This document shows, in pieces, positions 1-7,905 of a stretch of DNA of 64,000 nucleotides (the first letter of the stretch is position 1; each line of letters opens with the position of its first letter). Origin of the DNA: Bacteroidaceae bacterium (GTDB taxonomy: Bacteria; Bacteroidota; Bacteroidia; Bacteroidales; Bacteroidaceae); assembly GCA_017628845.1 (NCBI GenBank), contig JAGBYI010000058.1, positions 769 through 64,768 on the forward strand, written 5' to 3'. The position numbers and the translations under genes were made by a program. The notes under the pieces are model-generated. The model saw only the letters and a list, made by a program, of their open reading frames with translations. It was not told the origin of the DNA and made no database searches.

Positions 1-1
1 T

Positions 2-355
2 ATTACCATACTGTTTATGCTTTTCGCTATCCTTGGCACCTGGTATTCCCACGAACCATTGAACGAGAAGGACCTGCTGGGGAATGATATCCACACCACA
101 GCCAACGCCTTCTCCCTGGTGAAGAAACGCTACAAGTTCTGGCTGCATTATATCACCCCCATTTCAATCATCCTCTGGTTGCCATTGTACTGCCACGATT
201 ACGTTACTTCTTTGGGCATGCCCCAGGAAACAGCCAGGTATTTTATCATACTACTCTTCATCTCTGCCTGCATAGGCGCACTCATTGGTTACCTCTGGCA
301 CCGCAAGGTAGTGAATACTTGCGATGAAGCCCTGAAGCAATTGGAGGACGTTTGA
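2..355 (+). CDS. hypothetical membrane protein, 5' end outside window
   Basis: Reading frame is open to the window edge. Two hydrophobic helices (ISIILWLPLY, YFIILLFISACIGALIGYL). No family recognised. Confidence 0.4.
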   Translation: MTILFMLFAILGTWYSHEPLNEKDLLGNDIHTTANAFSLVKKRYKFWLHYITPISIILWLPLYCHDYVTSLGMPQETARYFIILLFISACIGALIGYLWHRKVVNTCDEALKQLEDV

Positions 356-392
356 ATTAGGTGGCGAGATGCAGCGAGTACAGAGAGAGAAT

Positions 393-1631
393 TTATAACC
401 TCATCTCCATGTTGGATTTCTCTATCCCCTGCATGGCTATGGATATGCCATCATTGTCGGCACGTTTGCGGTAGAGGTCCAATGCATTGGCATACTTCTC
501 CTTGGCTTCCGAAAAGCGCCCTTCCTGGAAATACACATCGGCCAGCAGGCAGAAGACGTTGGCAAGACTGATGTCAACCTGATGGTTGCTGCCCATGGCA
601 TAATGCACATGTATGGCTTCGGAGAAAGCACGCTTGCTATCCTCGTTTCTGCCCAGGTCGGCAAAATACATGGTGCCAAGGGATTGGTACACCTTTGCCA
701 TCTCTGTCTTATAGGAATGGCGCATCGTAGCGTCTACGTGGCGATATGTCGCCACAGCTTCCAGATAAAGTGCCTCTGCCTCCTGCACATTGCCATGTTC
801 CCTGCAGAAATCGCCCATGGCGGCCAGGGTGCTTGCCAGTTCGGGTTCATAGATCTTTGGGTTCTCCTGGGCAAGACGGCGGAACTCGGCCAGGCACTTG
901 GCTCGCTCCTCCTCAGATGCAAAGTTCACATCTCTGGCCAGATGCTCCTCTATCCTTCGTGCGGCATACTTCCACATCCTGAAGCAGAAGACCAGGAAGG
1001 TTACGAGCATCACGAGGACAAGAGACTTGGGAAGTGTGCCCACGGAAAACAGCATCGTATCGTAAAGTCCGTGCAGCAGTATGGGCACAAGCAAGACCAT
1101 AAGACGGTTCGTGGAGTGGCGCTTGGAGTTGGGATAGAACTTGACCAGCGAGTAATAGTATCCCATCATTATGCCAAAGCACAGATGTCCTGGCACGGCA
1201 AATATGGCCCTCACGATTCCCACGCGCAGGAAGTTCTCCGTGTTCATGAACAGGTATCCGATGTTCTCAAAGGCGGCAAAGCCCATGGACACACAGGCGG
1301 CATAGACAATGCCATCGAACTTCTCGTCGAAATAAGGGTTTTTCCTCAGGAAATACCACAGAACTACAAACTTGGCTATCTCCTCAGGTATGGCGGCTCC
1401 GAAGAAAGAGATGCGAAGGGCATCCACAACCGTTTTCGCCTCTTGCGGGTAAAGCCCGATAAGGGCAAAGGGACCGGACATTGCAAACGACAGAAAGCAA
1501 GACAACACGCCCCAGTAGAATGCCTTGCGCAACTGTTCCTTTGGTTCCGGTTTCATACAGTCCTTCCTATATAAAATATACATAAGGACAACGACAGGAA
1601 GCATTGCCGTGGCGATAATAAGGAGATTCAT
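393..1631 (-). CDS. PrsW-family intramembrane metalloprotease fused to a C-terminal TPR domain
   Basis: 412-aa ORF. PrsW-like motifs IPEEIAKF, GFAAFEN and HGLYD lie in a polytopic N-terminal half. The C-terminal ~170 aa are TPR-like (AEALYLEAVATY, GRFSEAKEKYANALDLY). Confidence 0.7.
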   Translation of the reverse strand: MNLLIIATAMLPVVVLMYILYRKDCMKPEPKEQLRKAFYWGVLSCFLSFAMSGPFALIGLYPQEAKTVVDALRISFFGAAIPEEIAKFVVLWYFLRKNPYFDEKFDGIVYAACVSMGFAAFENIGYLFMNTENFLRVGIVRAIFAVPGHLCFGIMMGYYYSLVKFYPNSKRHSTNRLMVLLVPILLHGLYDTMLFSVGTLPKSLVLVMLVTFLVFCFRMWKYAARRIEEHLARDVNFASEEERAKCLAEFRRLAQENPKIYEPELASTLAAMGDFCREHGNVQEAEALYLEAVATYRHVDATMRHSYKTEMAKVYQSLGTMYFADLGRNEDSKRAFSEAIHVHYAMGSNHQVDISLANVFCLLADVYFQEGRFSEAKEKYANALDLYRKRADNDGISIAMQGIEKSNMEMRL

Positions 1632-1694
1632 GGTATTTTAAGGTTTTAGGCGTTAGATTATGGATAATGGGGCATGGTATTGCCTCCCAGGCAA

Positions 1695-3017
1695 TCAGGC
1701 AAATGCAAGAGGTTCGCCGTGAACGTCCTCATCCACCTTCCTGCCGTCCCACACGCGCTGGCCGTTCACCCATGTGGACATCACGCGCCAGTGCATGGCG
1801 TCGCCCTCGCGTGGCGACCATCCACACTTGCTCAGCACATCGGTCGAGGTGATGCAGTATGGACTTTCCTCACGACGTACAAGCACCAGGTCGGCCATCA
1901 TACTTTCGCGGATGAAGCCTCGTTCCTGTATGCCGAACAGGGTGGCAGGATTGTGGCACATCAGTTGGACAAGGCGCTCCATGGACAGGACACCATCGTC
2001 CACCATCTCCAGCATGCTCACCAGCGAGAACTGCACCATGGGCATACCGCTCACGGCCTTGCATGCACCGCCCTGCTTCTCCGAGAGCAGATGGGGCGCA
2101 TGGTCAGTGCCAATGCATGTGATGCGTCCGTCCGTTAGGGCACGGCGCAGAGCCTGACGGTCAGTATCTGATTTTATGGAGGGGTTGCACTTGATGCATC
2201 CACGCAAACGGGCATAGTCCTGGTCGGTGTACAGGAGATGTGCCACACAAGCCTCGCCCGTAATGTTGCCTCCAAGCAGAGAGAGTTCCCTTTCCGTGGA
2301 GATGTGTGCTATGTGCAGGCGTGCACCGCTCGCCTTGGCCAGTTCTGCCGCCAGGGCGGAACTCTGCCAGCATGCCTCGCCATCGCGTATCTCGGCATGG
2401 TGGGTTATGTCGGGGTCGTCGCCATACTTCTCACGTGCACTGGCCATGTTGGCATTGATGCGTGCCGTGTCCTCGCAATGCGACATTATCAGTTTGGGCG
2501 AACGGGCAAAGAGCCCTTCCAACATCTCGCGTCTGTCCACCAGCATGTTGCCCGTGCTGCTTCCCATGAAGAGTTTCACGCCGGGATACTGCTCCGAGGG
2601 CATTGCCAGGATTTCGTCCAGATTATTGTTGGTAGCACCCAGGAAGAAGGCATAGTTTACGTGCATGCGCCCCTTGGCCATCTCCATGCGCTCGCGCCAG
2701 TTCTGCACGGTGGTTGTCTGTGGCACCACGTTGGGCATGTCCAGCACCGAGGTAACACCACCTGCCGCCGCCGCCATGCTCTCGGTGTGCATATCGGCCT
2801 TGGCGGTCATGCCCGGCTCGCGGAAGTGCACGTGGTCGTCTATCACACCGGGCAGCAGGTACATGCCCGTGGCATCCACCACCTGACATCCGTCCTGAGG
2901 CTCTATCTCGCCACCTATGGCGATACGCTCTATCCTGCCCTCACTAACCAACAAGGAGCCGACATGCGACTCCCCGTTGTTTACTATCGTTGCATTGCTG
3001 ATAATCGTCTTCATCAT
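1695..3017 (-). CDS. pyrC: dihydroorotase (amidohydrolase superfamily)
   Basis: 440 aa. Metal-binding VIDDHVHFREPG motif, overall dihydroorotase-like sequence, 4-bp overlap with the upstream GT2 gene. Confidence 0.85.
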   Translation of the reverse strand: MMKTIISNATIVNNGESHVGSLLVSEGRIERIAIGGEIEPQDGCQVVDATGMYLLPGVIDDHVHFREPGMTAKADMHTESMAAAAGGVTSVLDMPNVVPQTTTVQNWRERMEMAKGRMHVNYAFFLGATNNNLDEILAMPSEQYPGVKLFMGSSTGNMLVDRREMLEGLFARSPKLIMSHCEDTARINANMASAREKYGDDPDITHHAEIRDGEACWQSSALAAELAKASGARLHIAHISTERELSLLGGNITGEACVAHLLYTDQDYARLRGCIKCNPSIKSDTDRQALRRALTDGRITCIGTDHAPHLLSEKQGGACKAVSGMPMVQFSLVSMLEMVDDGVLSMERLVQLMCHNPATLFGIQERGFIRESMMADLVLVRREESPYCITSTDVLSKCGWSPREGDAMHWRVMSTWVNGQRVWDGRKVDEDVHGEPLAFA

Positions 3018-3745
3018 GCCTGTCTTCTCTTGAACTTTGTCATGCGCAGTTTCATCACTCCGAAGAGAGCCTCGCTGAATATGCCGCCCGACATCTTGCT
3101 GGTTCCCAACTCGCGGTTAACGAACACCACGGGTACTTCCTTTATCTTGAAGCCCAGTCGCAGAGCCGTGTACTTCATCTCTATCTGGAAGGCATAGCCC
3201 TTGAAGCGCACATCGTCCAGCGACATTGTCTCCAGCACCTTGCGTGTCCAGCACACGAAACCAGCGGTGGTATCCCTCAGCTTTATGCCCAGGATGGTGC
3301 GCACGTATGCAGAGGCATAGTAGGACATCAGCACACGGCCTATGGGCCAGTTCACCACGTTCACACCAGTTATGTAGCGGCTACCCACGGATACATCGTA
3401 ACCCTCGTCGTGACATGCGGCATACAGGCGTGGCAGGTCGGCAGGTGCGTGAGAGAAGTCGGCATCCATTTCAAAGATGTACTCATAGCCGTGCTCCAGC
3501 GCCCACTTGAAACCGCAGATATAGGCGGTGCCAAGGCCCAATTTGCCCGTGCGCTCCACAATGTTTACACGTCCCTTGAACTCGTCTGCCATCAGGCCCT
3601 TCACTATGGCGGCCGTACCGTCGGGACTGCCGTCGTCGATGACCAGCACGTCAAAGTCCTTTTCCAGTGATGTCACGGCACGTATGATGGCCTCTATGTT
3701 TTCCTTCTCGTTGTAGGTGGGAATGATAATTACGCTATCGCTCAT
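3014..3745 (-). CDS. GT2 polyprenol-phosphate mannosyltransferase (Dpm1-like)
   Basis: 243 aa. IIIPTYNEKENI N-terminus, VIDDGSPDGT and EMDADFSH motifs typical of the dolichyl/polyprenyl-phosphate mannose synthase family. Confidence 0.85.
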   Translation of the reverse strand: MSDSVIIIPTYNEKENIEAIIRAVTSLEKDFDVLVIDDGSPDGTAAIVKGLMADEFKGRVNIVERTGKLGLGTAYICGFKWALEHGYEYIFEMDADFSHAPADLPRLYAACHDEGYDVSVGSRYITGVNVVNWPIGRVLMSYYASAYVRTILGIKLRDTTAGFVCWTRKVLETMSLDDVRFKGYAFQIEMKYTALRLGFKIKEVPVVFVNRELGTSKMSGGIFSEALFGVMKLRMTKFKRRQA

Positions 3746-3753
3746 GATATATT

Positions 3754-3945
3754 AGGTAGGTTCTATAAATTAGTTTTCCTTTATTTTTAGGTAGAATTCT
3801 AATGACTTTGGTTCTTTAATGCCTCTTACTTGTATATTTCTCATTTTTACTTACTCACATAGACCACTATGTTCGTTCATTCAAATTAGAACTCTACTGC
3901 GTAATAGACATCAAATAACTCAAAGCTAATTTATAGAACCTACCT
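3754..3945. repeat. perfect 20-bp inverted repeat pair bracketing a 152-bp AT-rich core (candidate inverton or foldback element)
   Basis: AGGTAGGTTCTATAAATTAG at 3754-3773 and its exact reverse complement at 3926-3945. The left arm lies 9 bp from the GT2 start codon. Confidence 0.6.
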
Positions 3946-4035
3946 TTAGGTTATTTTCTCAAACAAAGATACATCTTTTCTTCGTCACTGCCAACGATTT
4001 TACCCATCAAACACACGTTAATGGCATAAAATCAT

Positions 4036-4043
4036 TATCTTTG
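4036..4043 (+). promoter_or_regulatory. Bacteroidetes-type -7 box TATCTTTG
   Basis: Exact TAnnTTTG match about 75 nt upstream of the DUF3791 start codon. Confidence 0.45.
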
Positions 4044-4116
4044 CATGTGAAAACCATTGAAAACATCCGAATACCCATGGACCTATATCTGCTTTTTCAT
4101 GTAAAAACATACGAGG

Positions 4117-4356
4117 ATGGAACAGGTCAGAAGCATTTCAAAAGAACAGGTAACAATGGCTTTTGTTGCTACATGCATTGAAACAACTGCCAGATACTTG
4201 AATACCGATTACAGAGAGGTATTTGAAAGAATGGAACGTGTCGGGATGATAGATGACTACATTCTGCCCAACTACGAACCTCTGCATAGTGAAAGCCGCG
4301 AAGTGCTTGCCGAACGACTTGTTGAGTGCTTGACTAACTGGGAGGCAGAAGCATGA
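4117..4356 (+). CDS. DUF3791-like small protein
   Basis: 79 aa. The sequence pattern (AFVATCIETTARYL..YREVFERMERVGMIDDYILPNYEPLHSES) matches my memory of the DUF3791 family. Confidence 0.65.
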   Translation: MEQVRSISKEQVTMAFVATCIETTARYLNTDYREVFERMERVGMIDDYILPNYEPLHSESREVLAERLVECLTNWEAEA

Positions 4357-4394
4357 AAGACAGGATAATCGTTTAAATAATAATCATTTGTAGT

Positions 4395-4826
4395 ATGAAA
4401 AATATTAAAGATATTGCAGAAAAAGCATTGTATTATACTTGCCCATATTGTGGTAATAAATCACTCATTTCTGAAGCAAAAATAGTTGAACAAAAAGATA
4501 AAACTATACGAAAAGAAACAAAAATCAAAACAGGAGCTTTAGGAAAAAAGTATGCGGAAACAACAGAGGTCTATAGTGTGTATCGCATTCGACAATGCCC
4601 CAAATGTGAAAAAAGTAAAAGAGCAAAATCTTCATTCATATTAATTATGTGTGCAGTAATATTACCGATTATTGTAGGAATAATTAAAATGAGTTTTGTT
4701 TCATTTTTTCTTTCAGTATTTTTAGGACTAATATTAGCAGGAATTGTCTATGCCATATTTGTAGATGAAAAAATAGACATCGAAGATGCTATTGAAAAAA
4801 ATGCAATAGAAACAAATTTATTTTAA
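4395..4826 (+). CDS. zinc-ribbon protein with two C-terminal TM helices, uncharacterised
   Basis: 143 aa. CPYCGN...CPKCEK four-Cys ribbon followed by two hydrophobic helices. Very AT-rich codon usage. Stop lies 2 nt before the next start. Confidence 0.5.
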   Translation: MKNIKDIAEKALYYTCPYCGNKSLISEAKIVEQKDKTIRKETKIKTGALGKKYAETTEVYSVYRIRQCPKCEKSKRAKSSFILIMCAVILPIIVGIIKMSFVSFFLSVFLGLILAGIVYAIFVDEKIDIEDAIEKNAIETNLF

Positions 4827-4828
4827 TT

Positions 4829-5497
4829 ATGTGGAGAATCCCTTTAGCATTCATAGTTCTGTTTTTAGTAATCTATCTTTGCCATAGATGCGGAGACTAT
4901 ATCAAAATATCACAAATTGGAGGTATAAGAAAATCATATAATAAAATTTTTAGTTACTTGTATCGTTTACCAAATTCAAGAAACGTAATAGAAACAAAAT
5001 CTTTTGTGAAATTTGTTATAAAAGACAATGTACGTACAATTACTTTTACTTTGAGTTATAAGTTTGACTGTTTAGAGATAAAATGTACTATGTCATATAA
5101 AGACGATACTGCTTTTGAAAATGGTAAAACAAAAGAATGGAGTATAAACCAATATAACAATGAAGATAAAATATTATATCAAATCAAAGAATATATAGAT
5201 AAATCCCCTAATAATCTTTTACAATGGCGGTACGGAATCTTGAATATGATGGAACTGAAGAACTATGACAATCCCACGAAATCTCCCGTGATTCAGGAAA
5301 TCATCATGAGCAATCGCATTGGTGCCATTGCCGTATCCCTGGCCGAACGGTTATCAATAGACATGGTCATGGCTCTGAAGATGTTCTACCGTAGCGACAC
5401 CTGTGCCCGTCTGCACGACAAATCCACAGGCCTGTACCTCTACGGAGACCTGTATATCGCCGACGAGTTCGTCCTTGAAATGCAGAATCGACAGTAG
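4829..5497 (+). CDS. chimeric ORF: AT-rich N-terminal TM protein fused in frame to a DUF3791-like C-terminus
   Basis: 222 aa. Residues 1-139 are AT-rich with an N-terminal TM helix. From the MMELK at nt 5246 composition returns to host-like and the sequence (IGAIAVSLAERLSIDMVMALKMFYRSDTCARL) looks DUF3791-like. Confidence 0.45.
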   Translation: MWRIPLAFIVLFLVIYLCHRCGDYIKISQIGGIRKSYNKIFSYLYRLPNSRNVIETKSFVKFVIKDNVRTITFTLSYKFDCLEIKCTMSYKDDTAFENGKTKEWSINQYNNEDKILYQIKEYIDKSPNNLLQWRYGILNMMELKNYDNPTKSPVIQEIIMSNRIGAIAVSLAERLSIDMVMALKMFYRSDTCARLHDKSTGLYLYGDLYIADEFVLEMQNRQ

Positions 5498-5812
5498 GAA
5501 CTATTCTTCCATCATGCGCCTTACGTACACCTTGCCGGCAAGGCGGCCGATGGAGGTGATGCCGGATGCTGCATCGTATTCAAACCCGCACAGTTCTTTT
5601 GTGGCAACGGAATGTGAAGGTTCGGAAATTTCCATGTAGTCCTTCACTTTCATTGCTCCATGTAATCAGGCAACTCCTGTTTGAGGTATCTTGCCATATT
5701 CCTCAATGTATTGGTTTATAGATAATTTGTAACAACCGATTACAAAGATAATAAGAATGGGGAGCAAAAGCAAGAAAAACGTGATTTATTTAATATATTC
5801 AATATTGTGGAG

Positions 5813-5880
5813 CAATGTACTCAACATTGGAGACGAATATCCTACGTATTGAGTACAATTGTACTAAACATTGAGTACAT
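5813..5880. promoter_or_regulatory. operator-like cluster of GTACTCAA/TTGAGTAC boxes
   Basis: CAATGT-N5-ACATTG at 5813-5829. Perfect 14-bp palindrome AGTACAATTGTACT at 5852-5865. ATGTACTCAA (5815-5824) is inverted at 5871-5880. Confidence 0.4.
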
Positions 5881-6234
5881 TTTTGCAAACGTGCTTTTCA
5901 ACGGTTTATTTCCTAGTCCTAACACTTTATAAGTATAGCATGCACGTTTAATACCTTGCGCTATTCTTCAGATAGCTGTTTTTCGTTTACCCTTTAGCCT
6001 AACCGATACCATGTAAAGTCATCTTTCTAACTTAGCGTAATACCCGCCCCCACGCCACACGGCGCGAAGTGCATTACCTCATGTTCCATCCGCCCGCACC
6101 TCACGAGGCAGACAAAGCGTTAATACCGTTAACTGTCTCTGGGTGCAATGTAAAGTATTATCACAAACGGTAACAGACAACAGATAACAGTTAAATATTT
6201 CGCCATACCGCCACAACAACAATGAAAACTTACT

Positions 6235-6290
6235 TTTTTGTTGTATTTTAACTTGTGTTTTTGTCGTTAAACGACTTGTATTTTTGTTGT
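6235..6290. repeat. three TTTTTGTYGT boxes at an exact 23-bp period (iteron-like)
   Basis: Boxes start at 6235, 6258 and 6281, inside a ~780-bp stretch with no convincing ORF. Confidence 0.5.
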
Positions 6291-6404
6291 CGAATAGCTC
6301 GTTATTTTGCGACATAAACCTATTTATCTAAAATACATATAGAAAATTTCGTATTATGACATTTTACATTGTAAACAAAGTCTTTTTTATTCGAGTATTT
6401 TTTG

Positions 6405-6412
6405 TATCTTTG
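6405..6412 (+). promoter_or_regulatory. Bacteroidetes-type -7 box TATCTTTG for the R-M operon
   Basis: Exact TAnnTTTG match about 80 nt upstream of the ATG at 6493. Confidence 0.45.
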
Positions 6413-6492
6413 TGGGTAAATTAGGTGATTAAAATAACAAGAGCATTTCAACACCTAAACAAAGGTAAAAATTTAGATAGTTGCTAGTACAG

Positions 6493-7905
6493 ATGATTGA
6501 CACAAATAATCCCCCCAAACAGTTACCATATGACAAATTCTCTGCTACAAGTATATACGAATACAGCAAAGGGTTGTTAGGCAAGACTTTGAGAGAGTTT
6601 ATCTATGAAGGATATGTCACCAAAGCAGGCAAGGGTGGAATTGGCCAAATGGTTGAGAATCTGTATTTCTTTCTGGATACTAATAACAACCCGGAAGCAG
6701 ATTTCTCTTCAGCAGGTATGGAGTTAAAATGTACTCCATTAAAACTGGACAAAAACAACGAGTACCTCATCAAGGAACGACTGGTTTGCGGCATGATAAA
6801 TTATTGCGATGTTATAAAGGAAGATTTTGAACATTCGCATTTTTATCTCAAATGTCAGTTGATGCTGCTGATGTTCTACCTGTACCGAAAGGGGCACGAC
6901 AACCTTGATTTGGAGTTTATCTTCTCGGTGCTCTGGAAATTACCAGAAAAAGACCTACTAATTATTCGCCAGGATTACGAAATCATCATTGACAAAATAC
7001 GCCGAGGTGAGGCTCATCTTCTGTCAGAAGGAGACACTATGTATTTAGGAGCTTGCCGTAAGGGGCAGAAGGGTGATAGTCTCATGACACAACCATATTC
7101 AAACGAAGGCGCCCCACGCAGAGCCTTCAGCTTGAAAATGGCATACATGCGCACAGTCCTGCAATATGTTGTTGCAAGTAAAGAAAAAGCCGTAACAAAT
7201 TTCACTCTTCACAAAGAACAACTAGTTTCCGAAAAGGACCTTGCCACGCAAACTTTTGATGACATTCTGCTGAGACGTTTCAAACCTTACATTAGCAAAG
7301 AATATCACATCATCGCAAACGAATTGGGAGTTGATATATCTAACAATCCCAAAAACAAATATGCAATGATTGCAAATTCTGTTGCATCAAATGGAAAATA
7401 TTCAAACATCAATCGTTCTGAAGAATTCCTCAAGGCTGGTTTGACGATGAAAACAATACGCATTGAGTACAACGGAGCAATTAAGGAAGCAATGTCGTTT
7501 GAGAATATAGACTACATTGAAATAGCAGAATGTGACAATTGGTTTGAATCTCGCCTTTATGAATTGTTCTCTAGCAGATTCATGTTCGTTGTATACAGGG
7601 AACAACATGAAGGAAGCGAAGACTATGCTTTAGACGATGTGTTCTTTTGGACGATGCCTCAAGCAGATTTGAGTTTGGCAGAAAACTATTGGGAACATAT
7701 AAGAACAAATGTTATAAACGAACAAATATCTCAAGAATATTGGTGGAAAGCCAAAGACAAGAAAAAATTTCATGTGCGCCCCAAGGCACAAAAGGCCACT
7801 GACTTGGCGCCAACCCATACTGGGGGACAAGCAAAGAAATTTTGCTATTGGTTTAACAACGATTATGTAAGAGAAATTATAAATCATAGAAATACTAAAA
7901 AATGA
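6493..7905 (+). CDS. type II restriction endonuclease, Sau3AI/MutH family (predicted GATC)
   Basis: Long colinear similarity to R.Sau3AI as I remember it: GIGQMVENLYF, ELKCTPL, ERLVCGMINY, QDYEIIIDKIRRGEAHLLSEGDTMYLGACRKG, PRRAFSLKMAYM, FHVRPKA, WFNNDY. I take the ATG at 6493 rather than the TTG at 6481. Confidence 0.85.
   Translation: MIDTNNPPKQLPYDKFSATSIYEYSKGLLGKTLREFIYEGYVTKAGKGGIGQMVENLYFFLDTNNNPEADFSSAGMELKCTPLKLDKNNEYLIKERLVCGMINYCDVIKEDFEHSHFYLKCQLMLLMFYLYRKGHDNLDLEFIFSVLWKLPEKDLLIIRQDYEIIIDKIRRGEAHLLSEGDTMYLGACRKGQKGDSLMTQPYSNEGAPRRAFSLKMAYMRTVLQYVVASKEKAVTNFTLHKEQLVSEKDLATQTFDDILLRRFKPYISKEYHIIANELGVDISNNPKNKYAMIANSVASNGKYSNINRSEEFLKAGLTMKTIRIEYNGAIKEAMSFENIDYIEIAECDNWFESRLYELFSSRFMFVVYREQHEGSEDYALDDVFFWTMPQADLSLAENYWEHIRTNVINEQISQEYWWKAKDKKKFHVRPKAQKATDLAPTHTGGQAKKFCYWFNNDYVREIINHRNTKK

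Noticed and set aside
5501-5697. Two tiny overlapping minus-strand ORFs (15 aa MARYLKQELPDYMEQ and 50 aa MKVKDYMEISEPSH...VYVRRMMEE) with an ATGA junction
   Set aside because: The layout is reminiscent of a toxin-antitoxin or regulator relic, but both ORFs are too short and unfamiliar to call. They are mentioned only as context for the nearby operator-like boxes.
6079-6315. 78-aa minus-strand ORF in the gap upstream of the R-M operon
   Set aside because: The sequence is low-complexity (Lys/Gln/Thr-rich then Cys/Leu-rich) and spans both the T-rich phased boxes and the GC-rich islet. There is no promoter box or family resemblance, so it is probably non-coding.
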